63,172 nt of DNA, filler included, from Reclinomonas americana ATCC 50394 (GCA_048213135.1; 49 parts of 49 records of this genome joined end to end with filler, not necessarily neighbours in it); one strand, 5' to 3'. Positions 25,804 through 37,552 are shown, numbered from the whole stretch's first letter. Translations and numbers: made by a program. The notes: generated from the letters alone by a model not told the origin.

Positions 25804-25903
25804 NNNNNNNNNNNNNNNNNNNNNNNNNNNNNNNNNNNNNNNNNNNNTTAATTAATTAANNNNNNNNNNNNNNNNNNNNNNNNNNNNNNNNNNNNNNNNN
25901 NNN

Positions 25904-26330
25904 ACCGTGGCCGGGGTGGTGCCGGCGAGGAAGGCGGTGCGGGCCTGCGGGGTCAGCTCGCCAAAGCCGTGGCGCCAGCCGAGCATCGCCCGGGCGAACA
26001 AGGGCATCGCCCCGATCTGTGCTTCGGCCCGCAGGCCCACCGCGATGAAGCCCTGATTGCGGGTGGCGGCGATGGAGATGCCGCCTGTGCTGCCTCCGCC
26101 ATTGTCCGGGCCAAAGCCGGCGCCATTGCGCGTCATCGTCAGCGTGACGTTCTGGCTGTCATAGGCCAGGGACGGCGTCAGGAAGGCGAGGTTCGAGGTC
26201 AGCGCCGAGAACTGGCCGGTCACGCCCCCGTGGCGGTCAGGATGGTTTAGCGCGTCGCCGCCGCGTAGTTGCCGCTCTCGGCCAGCACCTGCACCGTCCC
26301 ACCCGTGATCGCCGTGCTGTGCAAAGCCGC
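25904..26330 (-). pseudogene. Bacterial autotransporter remnant
   Basis: GGTVQVLAESGNYAAATR*TILTATG carries a TAA at 26249-26247 and then a frameshift. GVTGQFSALTSNLAFLTPSLAYD..NVTL is fused directly to late barrel strands LRAEAQ...LGWRHGFG. Confidence 0.7.
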
Positions 26331-26338
26331 TACAACTT

Positions 26339-27096
26339 TCAATAGGTGACCACCGCCTGAATCGTGTCGGCGTACTGACCCGGTGACGGTGTGGCCTGAG
26401 CCGGGACACGTCCGTAGACATGGCTCGTCTGCGCCAGACCGGAGCCGATGCCCGTCAATGTATCGAGGCCGAGCGTGCTGCCGAAGGGTTGGCTTCGCGC
26501 GACATCCCGATAGAGCCCGTAGGTGATCGTCTCCGCTCCCTTCGTCATGCGCCTCATCGTTGGATTCGTGGCACCCGACAAGCCGCCGTTCAGGCCGATC
26601 TGATAGGCGGTGCCATTCGTGCAGGTCGGTGCCAGGGTCGTGAACGCGTCCTGCGGCGTGGCCAGCACGCCGACCGAGCCGAAATTCAGATCGCTTGTCG
26701 TCACCCGGCAGGTCGCCGGCACGTTCGCGCTGACCGTGAAGCTCGTCGACTGGGTCACGGTAAGGAGCTCGCAGCCGAGCAGGAAAGACAGGAGCCCGTA
26801 GCGGACCCGGGCGTCGGTGCCGGCGAAGCTGCTGGAGTAGGTGACGGGCGCCGCGGTAGCCTGGCCACTGTAGACACGGCCATAGATGGTGACGCTCCGG
26901 CTGCCGGTGCCAGATGCGGACAAGGTCAGGTTGAAGCCGACTGCCGAAGCTCCGCCCGCAGGCCAGCCTCCCGATCCCCAGGGCACGCTGGCCGCCGCAT
27001 CGGAGAACAGGCCGTAGTGCAACTGGTTGGCGCCGTTCGTCAGGGTCCGGTTTGCTGCGCTGGTGCCGCCGCCGCTCCCGGGCCCGAGTTCGATGC
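26339..27096 (-). CDS. Bacterial spore-coat-U domain / Csu-type fimbrial protein (two SCPU domains), 5' partial
   Basis: FTVSANVPATCRV...LNFGS, TCTNGTAYQIGLNGG, RRMTKGAETITYGLYRD, VYGRVPAQATPSPGQYADTIQAVVTY*; intronless with high GC3. Confidence 0.9.
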
Positions 27097-27196
27097 NNNN
27101 NNNNNNNNNNNNNNNNNNNNNNNNNNNNNNNNNNNNNNNNTTAATTAATTAANNNNNNNNNNNNNNNNNNNNNNNNNNNNNNNNNNNNNNNNNNNN

Positions 27197-27626
27197 TGCT
27201 GATCCCGATGGCATGGTCACGCGCAACGACGGGCTATCCATCATGTACGAGCTCGACGACGACAAGGACGACGCGGCCGATGCAGACGACGGATACAACG
27301 CGGATTCTGTGTGCTGCAGCTGCGAATGCAACGAGTACGAGTCGCGCAGCGTATGCTCCAACGCTCTCAACGATGCCGCCACCTGTTGAGGGGAAAACGT
27401 AAGGTTTTGAATTTCTCCGATCGATGAGATCGATCGCAACTCGTTTCAACTGCTCCGTCTTCTCCGCGCGCTTCTCAATCAGCATGAGGTAGCCGGTGGA
27501 GAAGTAGTTGCCGTACTTGCGTTCCATGGTCTCCAGAGTCTGCAAATCGATTTCCACCTCGCGCAGCTCGGCTTCCAACACCGCAGCGTGGTTCTGCAAC
27601 GACGAGTACAGCTCAACCTCCGTCAT
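27197..27626 (-). CDS. Hypothetical protein N-terminus (short coiled coil), two exons
   Basis: MTEVELYSSLQNHAAVLEAELREVEIDLQTLETMERK...; divergent from the IFT144 gene. Confidence 0.5.
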
Positions 27627-27992
27627 GCTGTTGTTTGGGGGAGGGAGGGCAAGAGAAGGGCAAGAGAGAGAGAGTGAGACATGGCATGACATCGCGTTAA
27701 AGAAAAACCGCGGGTGGGTTTTTTCGTGCAGTTGTGAGTGCATGCGATGTGTGTCAACGAGGAAAGCGATGTGCGTGCGTCGCGGGCGAGCGTGTGTGCA
27801 TGCGCGTGGACGCAACTGTGCGTGATATGCGATTGTCCAGTCACGCGCGAGCATCGACTGTCCAAGCGCAATTTCGTTTGACAACGCGCGCAGATGGTGA
27901 GTGGGCACACAAGAGCGACACAATGAGCGCGTCTTGTGTGTGTATCGCCGTCTGTGTGTGCGGGTGTGTGTCTGTGTGAAATTTTGCGTGAC

Positions 27993-28198
27993 ATGGCGGT
28001 GTGTGTGTGTTGGGGTGTTGTGTTTCCCGCGCAGAGTCGTCTGTTTACTCTCGACGCGTCTGCGCACGGGCCGGGGCCTGTGCTGTTTGCGTGGAACCCC
28101 AATGGACAGATCCTGGCGTCGGTTGGCATCAACCGTCGTGTGAACATCTGGGATCGACAGGGCGCGCTGTTGAATGAGATACCGCTGTCGGCGGCGGG
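27993..28198 (+). CDS. WDR19: Intraflagellar transport protein IFT144 (WD40), first exons
   Basis: MA/SRLFTLDASAHGPGPVLFAWNPNGQILASVGINRRVNIWDRQGALLNEIPL aligns with the WDR19 N-terminus (FAWQ..G.YLA..G....V.I.DRHG....EI.L). Confidence 0.75.
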
Positions 28199-28313
28199 GT
28201 GAGTGGATGAGAGAGGGAGGATATGGGGAGGAGAAGGGGTGGATAATGGGGGGATAATGGGGGAAGAATGGGGGGAAAAGGAGAGTTGATTGTCGATCAT
28301 TGTTGTGATGATT

Positions 28314-28371
<58 letters not shown>

Positions 28372-29783
28372 TCGTCGTGGTAGTACGACNNNNNNNNNNN
28401 NNNNNNNNNNNNNNNNNNNNNNNNNNNNNNNNNTTAATTAATTAANNNNNNNNNNNNNNNNNNNNNNNNNNNNNNNNNNNNNNNNNNNNCCCTACTCTCC
28501 TTCTTCTCTCTCCTCTCCCTTTACCTCCACTCTCCCTTCCTCCCTCTCTCTCTCTCCCTCCCTCTCTCTCTTTCTCTCCCTCTCACTTCTCATTTTTTGT
28601 CTCAAGTGCCTGTTCGTTTCCATCTCTCTCGTAGTCTGCATTCCTCGTTTGTCGACCTGCTCTGTGGTTGTGTCTTTCGTCTTTCTGATTCACGCTGTGC
28701 AACGTGCAGACACGACCTCGCGCGTCTCGGACCACACGCGACACGATGCAAGTCCACCACACGCATTTCAGGAGATTCTTTGCTGGTCTTCCGATGCAGT
28801 ATCGATGCGCGCATTTTGTGGAGCAAGAGTTGCGTTTGTGTCGCCTATGCGTGCTGGCCTTTGAGCTTCATGTGTTTCCCGGTGCTCTCCCGTGTCACGA
28901 TGCTAGCTTTCTTTCTCGTTCTTGTATGTTTTCTGATTGTGTCTAACTCCTGATCTCTTTCTCATTTGTGGTTACTCTTCCCCTTCTTCTGCTACCTTGT
29001 TGTTGAGTTGTGCAACTTGGCACTCGCTTTATTATCTCTATTCGTGATCTCTTTCTGTTGCATGTAGTCAAGGATACCGGCAGAAAATATAGATATGCAC
29101 ACTGGGGGGACGAAGTGTCTGATTGCCGTGTTTCTTTTTATTCCTTTTTGTTATGTGTCTGGTGAGCAAAGACACTTGGTCCTGTGTGTATTCTCTTTCT
29201 TTTATTGACGCTTTTCGGAGAAATACTTTCTTCTTGCAACCGTCTCACCTGTTCTTGGCCCTGCAGGTTGCCGTGTCGCTGTTCATTGGAGCCGCGCACC
29301 GTTCCTGTTTCAGCGTGACAGCTTCTTTGACTGGTAATACTATTTCTTTTGCGTTGGGTTGTTTTGATTATGCAGTGTCTTACATTCTTCCAGGCGGCTC
29401 CATTCTCTTCATGCTCATTCTCCACCATCCCCGTCTCTGTGGTCGACGTTGACAATCGATGCTCTCTCGGTTTGTTGTACAGTGTCGTTTTATTGTTGAC
29501 CAAGAAACAACTTGTGTATTGACGTACGGTGATTACAGTGTGTGCGCAGTCCTCCATTCTTCTCTTATTGACGACCGGTTGGCACTGTTTTTTTTTTGTC
29601 TTGCGGTGAGGTCCCACATGCCGGCCATTCCTCTTCCCTCATTCTCCTTCTCACATTTGCACTTCCCCTTCTCTTCTCTAGGTNNNNNNNNNNNNNNNNN
29701 NNNNNNNNNNNNNNNNNNNNNNNNNNNTTAATTAATTAANNNNNNNNNNNNNNNNNNNNNNNNNNNNNNNNNNNNNNNNNNNN

Positions 29784-30536
29784 GTCCTTGTCGTCGCTGT
29801 TGCTGTCGACCATGGCCAGCCAGATTTTGTCGGCCGCCGTCAGCGCGTTGCCGCGCACGGTCAGCTGCGTGGCGGTGCCGACCGCGAGGCGTCTCGGTAT
29901 CTCCACATGCAACACTTGGCCTGCATCGAGAGGGCCAGGGGGCGAGAAAAAAGTCAGTGCACTTGCACCTCCAATTCGCCAATCGTGGAGCGAATAACGA
30001 TAAAACGATTGGTCTCGCAAGATATTGTGCGATATCTCACCAATAATCACCAGCGCTCCACCGTCCACTGGGGCCCAGGAGCCCCCGACACTCCGCGCAC
30101 ACAGCTGGAACACGCCGCCAGCCGAGCCACGCACGCCCACCTGCACCACTCCACCGACATTGACCGATACCGAAACCAAACTGACCATTGCTGAATCAGC
30201 GGAAACACACGTGCCCAGGGCCGACACTTGCAAGTCGGTCAGCAGCGGCAACGGACTGGCAGGCAGTGAGGGCAGTGCCACCAGATGCTCCGCTCCATCG
30301 CCCACCACCGACAGGAGAACTGTGAAGAGAAATGCCGACCAAGTCGAACAAACAGAGAGTGAGTGGAGCGTGTTCGAGGCCGAGGTAGATAGAAGGCGAG
30401 AGGAGCGCTCACCATCAGGCACAGCCATGTCCGCCAGTGTCGCATGGGTGCCGAGAGCGATTATTAGTGCCATCATCACCATCATGGTGGAGTGAGCAAC
30501 ACGCCGGCACGTGCCACGACCAATTTTCCTCGTCAT
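29784..30536 (-). CDS. Secreted or surface beta-rich protein N-terminus, multi-exon
   Basis: Signal-like MMVMMALIIALGTHATLA followed by beta-strand-rich segments (GVFQLCAR, QLTVRGNALTAADKIWL). Confidence 0.55.
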
Positions 30537-30742
30537 CGCCTTCTCTTCTCTGACTGTCACTCGCTCACTCTCTCTCTCTCTTCTCTGTAAAGTAAAAACG
30601 CGTAAAGTCAAAAGAGACTGAAGCGGTTTGCTCTTTGGTATTAGTTTCTCCTTTCTCTTTCTCGTCGTCTGTCTCTTCTCTTCTCTCTCTCGCACAATAA
30701 ACAGAAATCGGAATATTTGTCCCAGCGTCCGAAAAGTGCGGA

Positions 30743-30975
30743 ATGCTGAGCGTGCATCAGTGGGCCTGGTTCATTGCGGTCGCCGCTGTGTACCTGCGCA
30801 CAGTGTATCCCACTGTGGCCGGTGGCGACAGCGGCGAGCTGCCAGTGGCCGGTTGAGTGGCATTTTGTCTTTTTTCGGCAATCTCTTCTTTTCTCACTCG
30901 TGAACAGCGTCGACATTTGGCGCTTTGCATCCCCCGGGCTACCCACTCCTTACTGTGCTGGCGCGAGTGGCGATT
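30743..30975 (+). CDS. TMEM260: TMEM260/DUF2723 protein O-mannosyltransferase, 5' exons (paralog 1)
   Basis: YLRTVYPTVAGGDSGELPVA/ASTFGALHPPGYPLLTVLA matches the GGDSGEL...HPPGYP hallmark. Confidence 0.88.
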
Positions 30976-31119
30976 NNNNNNNNNNNNNNNNNNNNNNNNN
31001 NNNNNNNNNNNNNNNNNNNTTAATTAATTAANNNNNNNNNNNNNNNNNNNNNNNNNNNNNNNNNNNNNNNNNNNNGCGACCATGTTAGAAGCTGTGGCTG
31101 TGCAATTCACACAGAAAGC

Positions 31120-32220
31120 GTCGCACCAGTCCATTGGAACACATTCGGAATGTTGACAGAGAATGGGTCACACGACGCGCTGGCAGTTTGCGTGATCCAG
31201 TATTGAACGTTGACGGTTTGCGTGGCAACCCACGAAGCAGCCGAAATGAGACCAATCTCCACTGTCGATGTGGCCGGCGATCGGCACAGCCATGTAATCG
31301 GGACAATGTCGTCGACAAAGAGGACACCTTGTGGCGTCGGATCGACCGGGCGCACAGACGGGACTGCAGAATAGAAGAAATACTTGAGTGAGAAAACCAT
31401 TCTTCTATACACGGAAAAAAGGAAAAGCACACTGACCTTCGATGGTAAACGAGGTGCTGTTGCCCAGGGTGCTAACCATGGATGCAACTCGGATTCGGAA
31501 TGAGAACGCGGATCCGATCCAGTTCGCCGGAATCGATGACAGAGTGTACGACTCTACGTTGGGCACTGTCGACGAGCAGGTACGCGCCAAGGCGCTGCCG
31601 AGAGTGGAGGCCACGGCGCCAGTGGAGTCCATCAGCAGGAAATCAAAGCTTGTCGCCTGCACATTGTCGTTGCACGTCCAGGAAATGCTGTATGTGTCAT
31701 ACACAAACAGCGCTGGCGGCACTGCGAGCACCGTGATGGTCGTGTCTACGCGCACGCATTTCCAGCAAGTGAGCGATCTCAAACACAACACAGCAATGCT
31801 ACGCGGTGAAACGCACCTCCAATCTGGAACGCGTTCGACACAGTGAAGACTTGAGCATTGGCCGAGTCCGACACTCGCACAACGTACGTCGACGAGGGGG
31901 TCAGCAAAGCAGGAACCGTCCATGCGACAGAGTTTGTCATCGCGCCAGGAGGCTGCACGCATGTGACAGCAACTGCGTTGCGAATGGTCACGCTGAAAGT
32001 TGTACCGGGCGTGTTCAGCGCGCTGTTCTGCAGCACGACATCCACCTGCATACGTACATTCCCCCGCAATCAGTTAGTCACGTGCCATGCGCCCTTGGCA
32101 ACACTTGCACGCACCAGTGTAGTTCCAGGTCGCTGGCACTGCCACTGGATAGAGTACGAGTACGTGAAGAAGAGACGAGCGCCACTTGCGGGTGCAGTCA
32201 CCGTCATTGTGGGGTCTGTA
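31120..32220 (-). CDS. Surface protein with tandem Ser/Thr-rich Kre9/KNH-like Ig-fold repeats, multi-exon
   Basis: Three ~105-aa units: xTVxxP...YSIxWxC...VxxxL...C...WTVP...YxxRV...SxxFxI. Confidence 0.65.
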
Positions 32221-32367
32221 CGCGCAATGAATACGAGAGAATACACACACACACAGAGAGAGAGAGANNNNNNNNNNNNNNNNNNNNNNNNNNNNNNNNN
32301 NNNNNNNNNNNTTAATTAATTAANNNNNNNNNNNNNNNNNNNNNNNNNNNNNNNNNNNNNNNNNNNN

Positions 32368-33210
32368 CAAGGTCATGATGAAGTCGTTCCTCACTGGCAT
32401 GCCCGACTGCAAGCTGGGCCTCAACGACCGCACGGTCATGGACATGGACAAGGGGTGAGTTTCGCGAGGAGGGAGAATGGGTCCCGTCACTCTTTGTCTT
32501 GCGAATGCATTTGCGTCTTCTTTCCCTTGTTCCTCTGGCATCCATTTATTTCACTCTTTTCCCTTCTCTCCCTTCTCTGCCCCTTCTCCTCTCCCCTTCT
32601 CTTCCCCCATGCTCTCCCCCCTTCCTTTCCCCTTCTCTCCTCCTTCGTTTTCCCCCTTCGTTCCTCCCTTCTCTTCCCCCTGTTCATTCCCCCTCTTCCT
32701 TCCCCCTTTTCCTTCCCCCTTTTCCTTCCCCCTTTTCCTTCCCCTTGGCCTTTCCCTCACACCCCCTTCCCTCTCTGCAGCCGCTCAAGCCACCGCGCCC
32801 CGGCCGGCCCCTCCTCCTCCGGCCTGGTCCCGCAATCGTCGGATCGCACCATTCAGCTGGACGATGTGACATTTGATCGTTGCGTCAAGCTCGGTCGCTT
32901 CGACTCGGACCGCACCATCTCCTTTGTGCCACCCGACGGCGAGTTCGAGCTGATGGGCTACCGCATCACCGACAACATTATTCTGCCGTTCCGCCTGCCG
33001 CAAGTCAGCGTGCGCGAGATGGGCAAGACACGAGTCGAGTACCACGTGACGGTGAAGGCCGACTTTTTGCCGCAGCTCTTTGGCATGAACGTGCAGGTGC
33101 TCATTCCCGCACCGAGCAACACCGCCAAGACAACACTGAACTGCACCGGCGGCAAGGCCAAGTACGATCCGACGAAGAAGGCCATTGTGTGGCGCATCAA
33201 GCGCTTCCCG
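32368..33210 (+). CDS. AP2M1: AP-2 complex mu subunit, two exons
   Basis: MKSFLTGMPDCKLGLND, IQLDDVTF..CVKLGRFDSDRTISFVPPDGEFELM.YR, GKAKYDP...IVWRIKRFP; intron 32455-32780. Confidence 0.9.
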
Positions 33211-33699
33211 GTGAGTGGAGCGGGAGGGAGAGGGTGGAAGGAATGGGAGGGAGGGGGAAGGAGAGGGAGCGAGGGGAAGGAGAGGGAGAGAGAGGGAGAA
33301 GGAGAGGGAGGGAAAGAGAGAGAGAGAGAGATTGTCTCTTGCATTCTTCTCCCTTAAATGAAGGGCAGAGGGAATGGAGAAGGAGGGATACGGGAGTGAG
33401 TCGAGAGTGTTGTCCATGCGACTTTTGCATTGTATCCTTCGCGTGTTCTCTCTCACATTCCCCCTCCACGTCCACGTCACTCGATGTGAGGGACATAATA
33501 TAGAAGGAGGGATAGAGGTGTGAGTCGGGAGTGTTGCATGCAGAAAGCATTCTTCGTTTCNNNNNNNNNNNNNNNNNNNNNNNNNNNNNNNNNNNNNNNN
33601 NNNNTTAATTAATTAANNNNNNNNNNNNNNNNNNNNNNNNNNNNNNNNNNNNNNNNNNNNCAGCAGGCGAGCAAGAGCAGGAGCACACACAACGCATAC

Positions 33700-34851
33700 A
33701 CGCAACATCGCTAATCTTGCCGCACAGCGTGTACTGGCCGTAGGGGTACGAGCCAATATACCAGTTCTCGGTGCTCTCCATCATGCCGACACTCGTCTGC
33801 GCCTGCGTAATCAACTGGCCGTCGCGGTACATGTACAGCGTTGATCCGTCGCAAACGCCTGCAGCCATGCAACGACGAGAGTAAGCACCTCATCCGGCGC
33901 ACAAAACGGAGAAAAATGAACGCAACATGCGACATGCATCCACTTGTCGTTGTAGCCGCTGCCACCCATGTACATGGATGCCATGAAGCTGCCCGCCTCG
34001 GAGCTGGCGAGGGAGAAGAGAAGAAAAAGAAAGGAGCAGTCAGCTCTGCGAGTCGCGGCATGGCAAATGGAAAACTCTGTAGACGCAACTTGATGCCGAA
34101 CGTGATGCTGCCATAGTTGAAGTATCTGTGCGTGTGGACGGGAGGATAGAGGACACACAAGTCAGCTGCCTGGAGTGCAACACGCACTCACACCAGCGGG
34201 ACGACTCACGCATAGGCATTCTTCGTGGTACCACCCTGGTTGAACATGTAGCCTTGCGAAATGTTGTCAATGTTGGTGACGCGCACCCACATCTCGACGG
34301 TGAAGGCACCGGAGAAGCGCAGTGACTCGGGTGAGCCGAGGTTGACGGAGCCCTGCATCGACAGCTGAAGGCAGCCCTTTTGCGGTGCTGCAAGACACAA
34401 TCCACGTCAGTGGAATGTGAAGATACGGAAAGAGAACACCTCATGCGGCGCACGCAACAAACAGTGGGGCCGCCGAGTGTGACAGCGCGCAACAGCTTCA
34501 TCGAATCGTGCGGATCAAACACCTGCACGGTGACATCAACACGCTCCTCGTCGTCCTGCACCACGCGAGCGCGCGTTAGACAGCAGGCCAAACAAGGTGC
34601 ACAACAGGCACTACGCTGACACAAGGCAAACCTTGGCACCGACGCCCGGCAGCGCAGACTTGGATCCAGAACCACCGGCAGTCGCCGCCGCCACAGCTGC
34701 TGAACCAGCGGCAGCCGAGGCACCGAAAGGCGCGGCAGAGCCCGCAGTGGGGAAAGGAGAGGGAGGCGGGACCACGCCGGGAGTCGACAAGCCGTCTCCA
34801 GCCGCCGACGACGACGATGCGCCGCCTTGCTTCTTCTTCTTCTGCAGAAGC
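33700..34851 (-). CDS. LamG/concanavalin A-like domain protein, multi-exon
   Basis: LRFSGAFTVEMWVR, KWMHVA/GVCDGSTLYMYRDG, NWYIGS...GKISDV. Confidence 0.8.
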
Positions 34852-35053
34852 NNNNNNNNNNNNNNNNNNNNNNNNNNNNNNNNNNNNNNNNNNNNTTAAT
34901 TAATTAANNNNNNNNNNNNNNNNNNNNNNNNNNNNNNNNNNNNNNNNNNNNAGAGAGAGAGAGAGAGAGAGAGTGAGTGAGTGAGTGAGTGAGTGAGTGA
35001 GTGAGTGAGTGAGTGAGTGAGTGAGTGAGTGAGTGAGTGAGTGAGTGTGGTGA

Positions 35054-35084
<31 letters not shown>

Positions 35085-35164
35085 GCCTTCACCTTACGTC
35101 ACCTTATCGTCGCCTTTCTCGCTTTGTCTCTCACTTGTTGTTGTGTATTGTTGGGTGGTGAGCA

Positions 35165-36035
35165 GGAAGGTCTGCACGGTGACGCCTTCCCGTGGGAGCA
35201 GCTGAATCGAGTGGCGCAGCGACTGGACGAGTTTCATGCGGCCACCTCACAGGATCTGGAGATGCCGCCGTCCACCAAGCAAGGTCCCGCGCGCGCGCGC
35301 ACTCAGTGACAAAGGCCTCGTTCGCTCACCTCCGTTGCAGCTCGCATCAACGTGCAGGCGTTGGCCGACAAGCTGCGCCCGATTGTGTTCCGTGAGCAGG
35401 TCATGTTTGCGCGTCGGCTGCTGCGCGCCGACTTGGAGTTCAGTCTGTTGCAGCTGGACGAGGAGGTGCACTTTCTGCGCGAACAGGAGGCGCTGGAGAC
35501 GGAGGAGACCCCGCCGCTCATTCCGTACGCCACGCGCGCGGAGCTGGCACCGTACTACTTTGTGCTGGACGATGTCGATCTGAGCGGGCGGCTGGCACCG
35601 GAGACAGCGTCGTTTCTGTCGCACCAGTCGCGTGCGCTGCTGCCGCGTGGTTCCCCGGATGCAGCCTCCGGGGCCACAGTGAGTGCCGCCACTGAGTTTG
35701 ACAGCGCAGAGGAGCGCTGGCGCCTGCACGAGGAGGAGTTCCACCGCCTGCTGCGCCAGTCCGACGTGCAGGACCGCCTGGTGGCCTTTATGCGTGACTG
35801 GCGCACCACCGAGGAGGCCACGCTGTTGCGCGTGGAGCAGCTGCTGCCGACGGAACAGTGGCGACTCTTTGCGCAAGTGTGCTTCCAACGAGTGCAGCAA
35901 AAGCGCGAGGCTCAAACGCGCAAGGTCAACCTGCTGCGCCGACGACTGCGCGAGCTCACCACGCATCGCACCGCCGTGCAGGCGCAGCTGCGCAAGCTGC
36001 AGAAGCTAAAGCTGCCAAAGACACTCGATCGCTAA
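35165..36035 (+). CDS. Hypothetical helical protein, 3' exons ending in a coiled coil
   Basis: Long GC3-rich frame ending ...LRKLQKLKLPKTLDR* at 36035. Confidence 0.65.
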
Positions 36036-36055
36036 TGAACCAACTTGTTATCAAA

Positions 36056-36142
36056 ATGATGGTCCGCGTGTGGGCAGTTGTCGCCACATGGGCACTGCTG
36101 GTGCTCACTGTGTACATGCGCACTCTCACACCGACCGTGGCT
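36056..36142 (+). CDS. Probable second TMEM260/DUF2723 gene start (paralog 2)
   Basis: MMVRVWAVVATWALLVLTVYMRTLTPTVA parallels paralog 1 (AAVYLRTVYPTVA); the contig ends just before the expected GGDSGE. Confidence 0.6.
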
Positions 36143-36315
36143 NNNNNNNNNNNNNNNNNNNNNNNNNNNNNNNNNNNNNNNNNNNNTTAATTAATTAANN
36201 NNNNNNNNNNNNNNNNNNNNNNNNNNNNNNNNNNNNNNNNNNAAAGCGAGCCACTTCGCGGAATTGACTATTGTCCGTGGCAAACTGTGAGTCGAGTTGA
36301 AGTGTGTTAGAGAAG

Positions 36316-36483
36316 ATGGCAAGTGTGCGGAGAGCGAGTGGTGTGTCGAGTGTGGAATCGGCTGTGTCGAGTGGCTCCTCGTCGTCGCCGTCGTTGTTGG
36401 GCGGGTATCACATGACGTGTCAGCTGGAGAGTGTGCGCATGATTAGTAGTGTGTTGCAGGCGTTGCAGTTTAGGAGAGATCAG
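36316..36483 (+). CDS. RAD1: 9-1-1 checkpoint clamp subunit Rad1/Rec1, first exon
   Basis: YHMTCQLESVRMISSVLQALQFRRDQ resembles the Rad1 N-terminus (A/C.LDNVR.L...L.AI.F); donor GTGAGC at 36484. Confidence 0.6.
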
Positions 36484-37552
36484 GTGAGCAGAGAGAGGGA
36501 GGGAGGGAGGGGAGGGAGGGGAGGGAGAGAGAAGGAGAGGAGAAATAAGTCGAAGTTGTGAGAGTGTGTGTGAGAGAGAGAGAGAAAGAGAGAGAGAGAG
36601 AAAGAAAGGAGAGGAGAGATCAGGCAAGGAGGGTGGAGAGGGGAGAGAAGATAGAGAAGAGAGAGGAGGGATATGGCGACGATTTCAGAGAGAGAGAGAC
36701 AAGTGATGACGAGAGAGAGCGAGAGAGAGGGAGAGAGAGAGAGAGAGAAAGAAAGAGAGGCGACAGAGAGAAAGAGAGGAGAGGAAGAAGGAGAGGAGAA
36801 GGGAGAGAAGATGGAGAAGAGAGAGAGAGAGAGGCGACAGAGGAGAGTGGGGAGAAGGAGTGAAGCGAGAGATCGTGTGCGGAGCGAGGGAACAGAGGCA
36901 AGCGAGTGAGACGAAGGAGAGCGAGAGCAGGATCAGAGAAGGAGAGGAGTAATCAACTGAGGAAGATGAGAGACAATGGAGAGGGGAAAACAGAGAGTGA
37001 GTGAGAAGAAGAAGATGAGAGAGAGAAAGAGAGAGAGAGAGAGTTTGGACTGCTTTCCGGAGCGAGACAGGGAAGACAGAGGAGAGGACCAGAGCGAGAG
37101 ACAAGTGTGAACGTACGCGGAGCGAGGGAGGGGAAAGAGCGAGGAAGACGAAGAGAAACAGTGGAGTTCTTGCCGCACGAGACAGGTCGATGATAGAAGC
37201 GAGATATATGCGAGAGAGAGAGAAAAGGGTGAGAGCCAGAGACGAGTGCGTGTATACCGGCGAGACGAGCAAAGGAAGATTGTGTTAGTGTGACCTTCTA
37301 CCCCTTCTGTCTCCCTTCGCTCACTAATCTTGTCTGGCAAGCACTCCACACTCTCTCTTCTTCTCCCTCAGTCTTTCTCCTTCATAGCTCCTCGTCTGAT
37401 CTCTCCCTTCTGCCTCTCTCTCCCTCTCTCTCTCTNNNNNNNNNNNNNNNNNNNNNNNNNNNNNNNNNNNNNNNNNNNNTTAATTAATTAANNNNNNNNN
37501 NNNNNNNNNNNNNNNNNNNNNNNNNNNNNNNNNNNACATCTCCCCACCACAG

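Noticed and set aside
28490..29683. Membrane protein ORF at 29123-29452
   Set aside because: Its hydrophobicity follows from T-rich composition, and no motif is recognisable.
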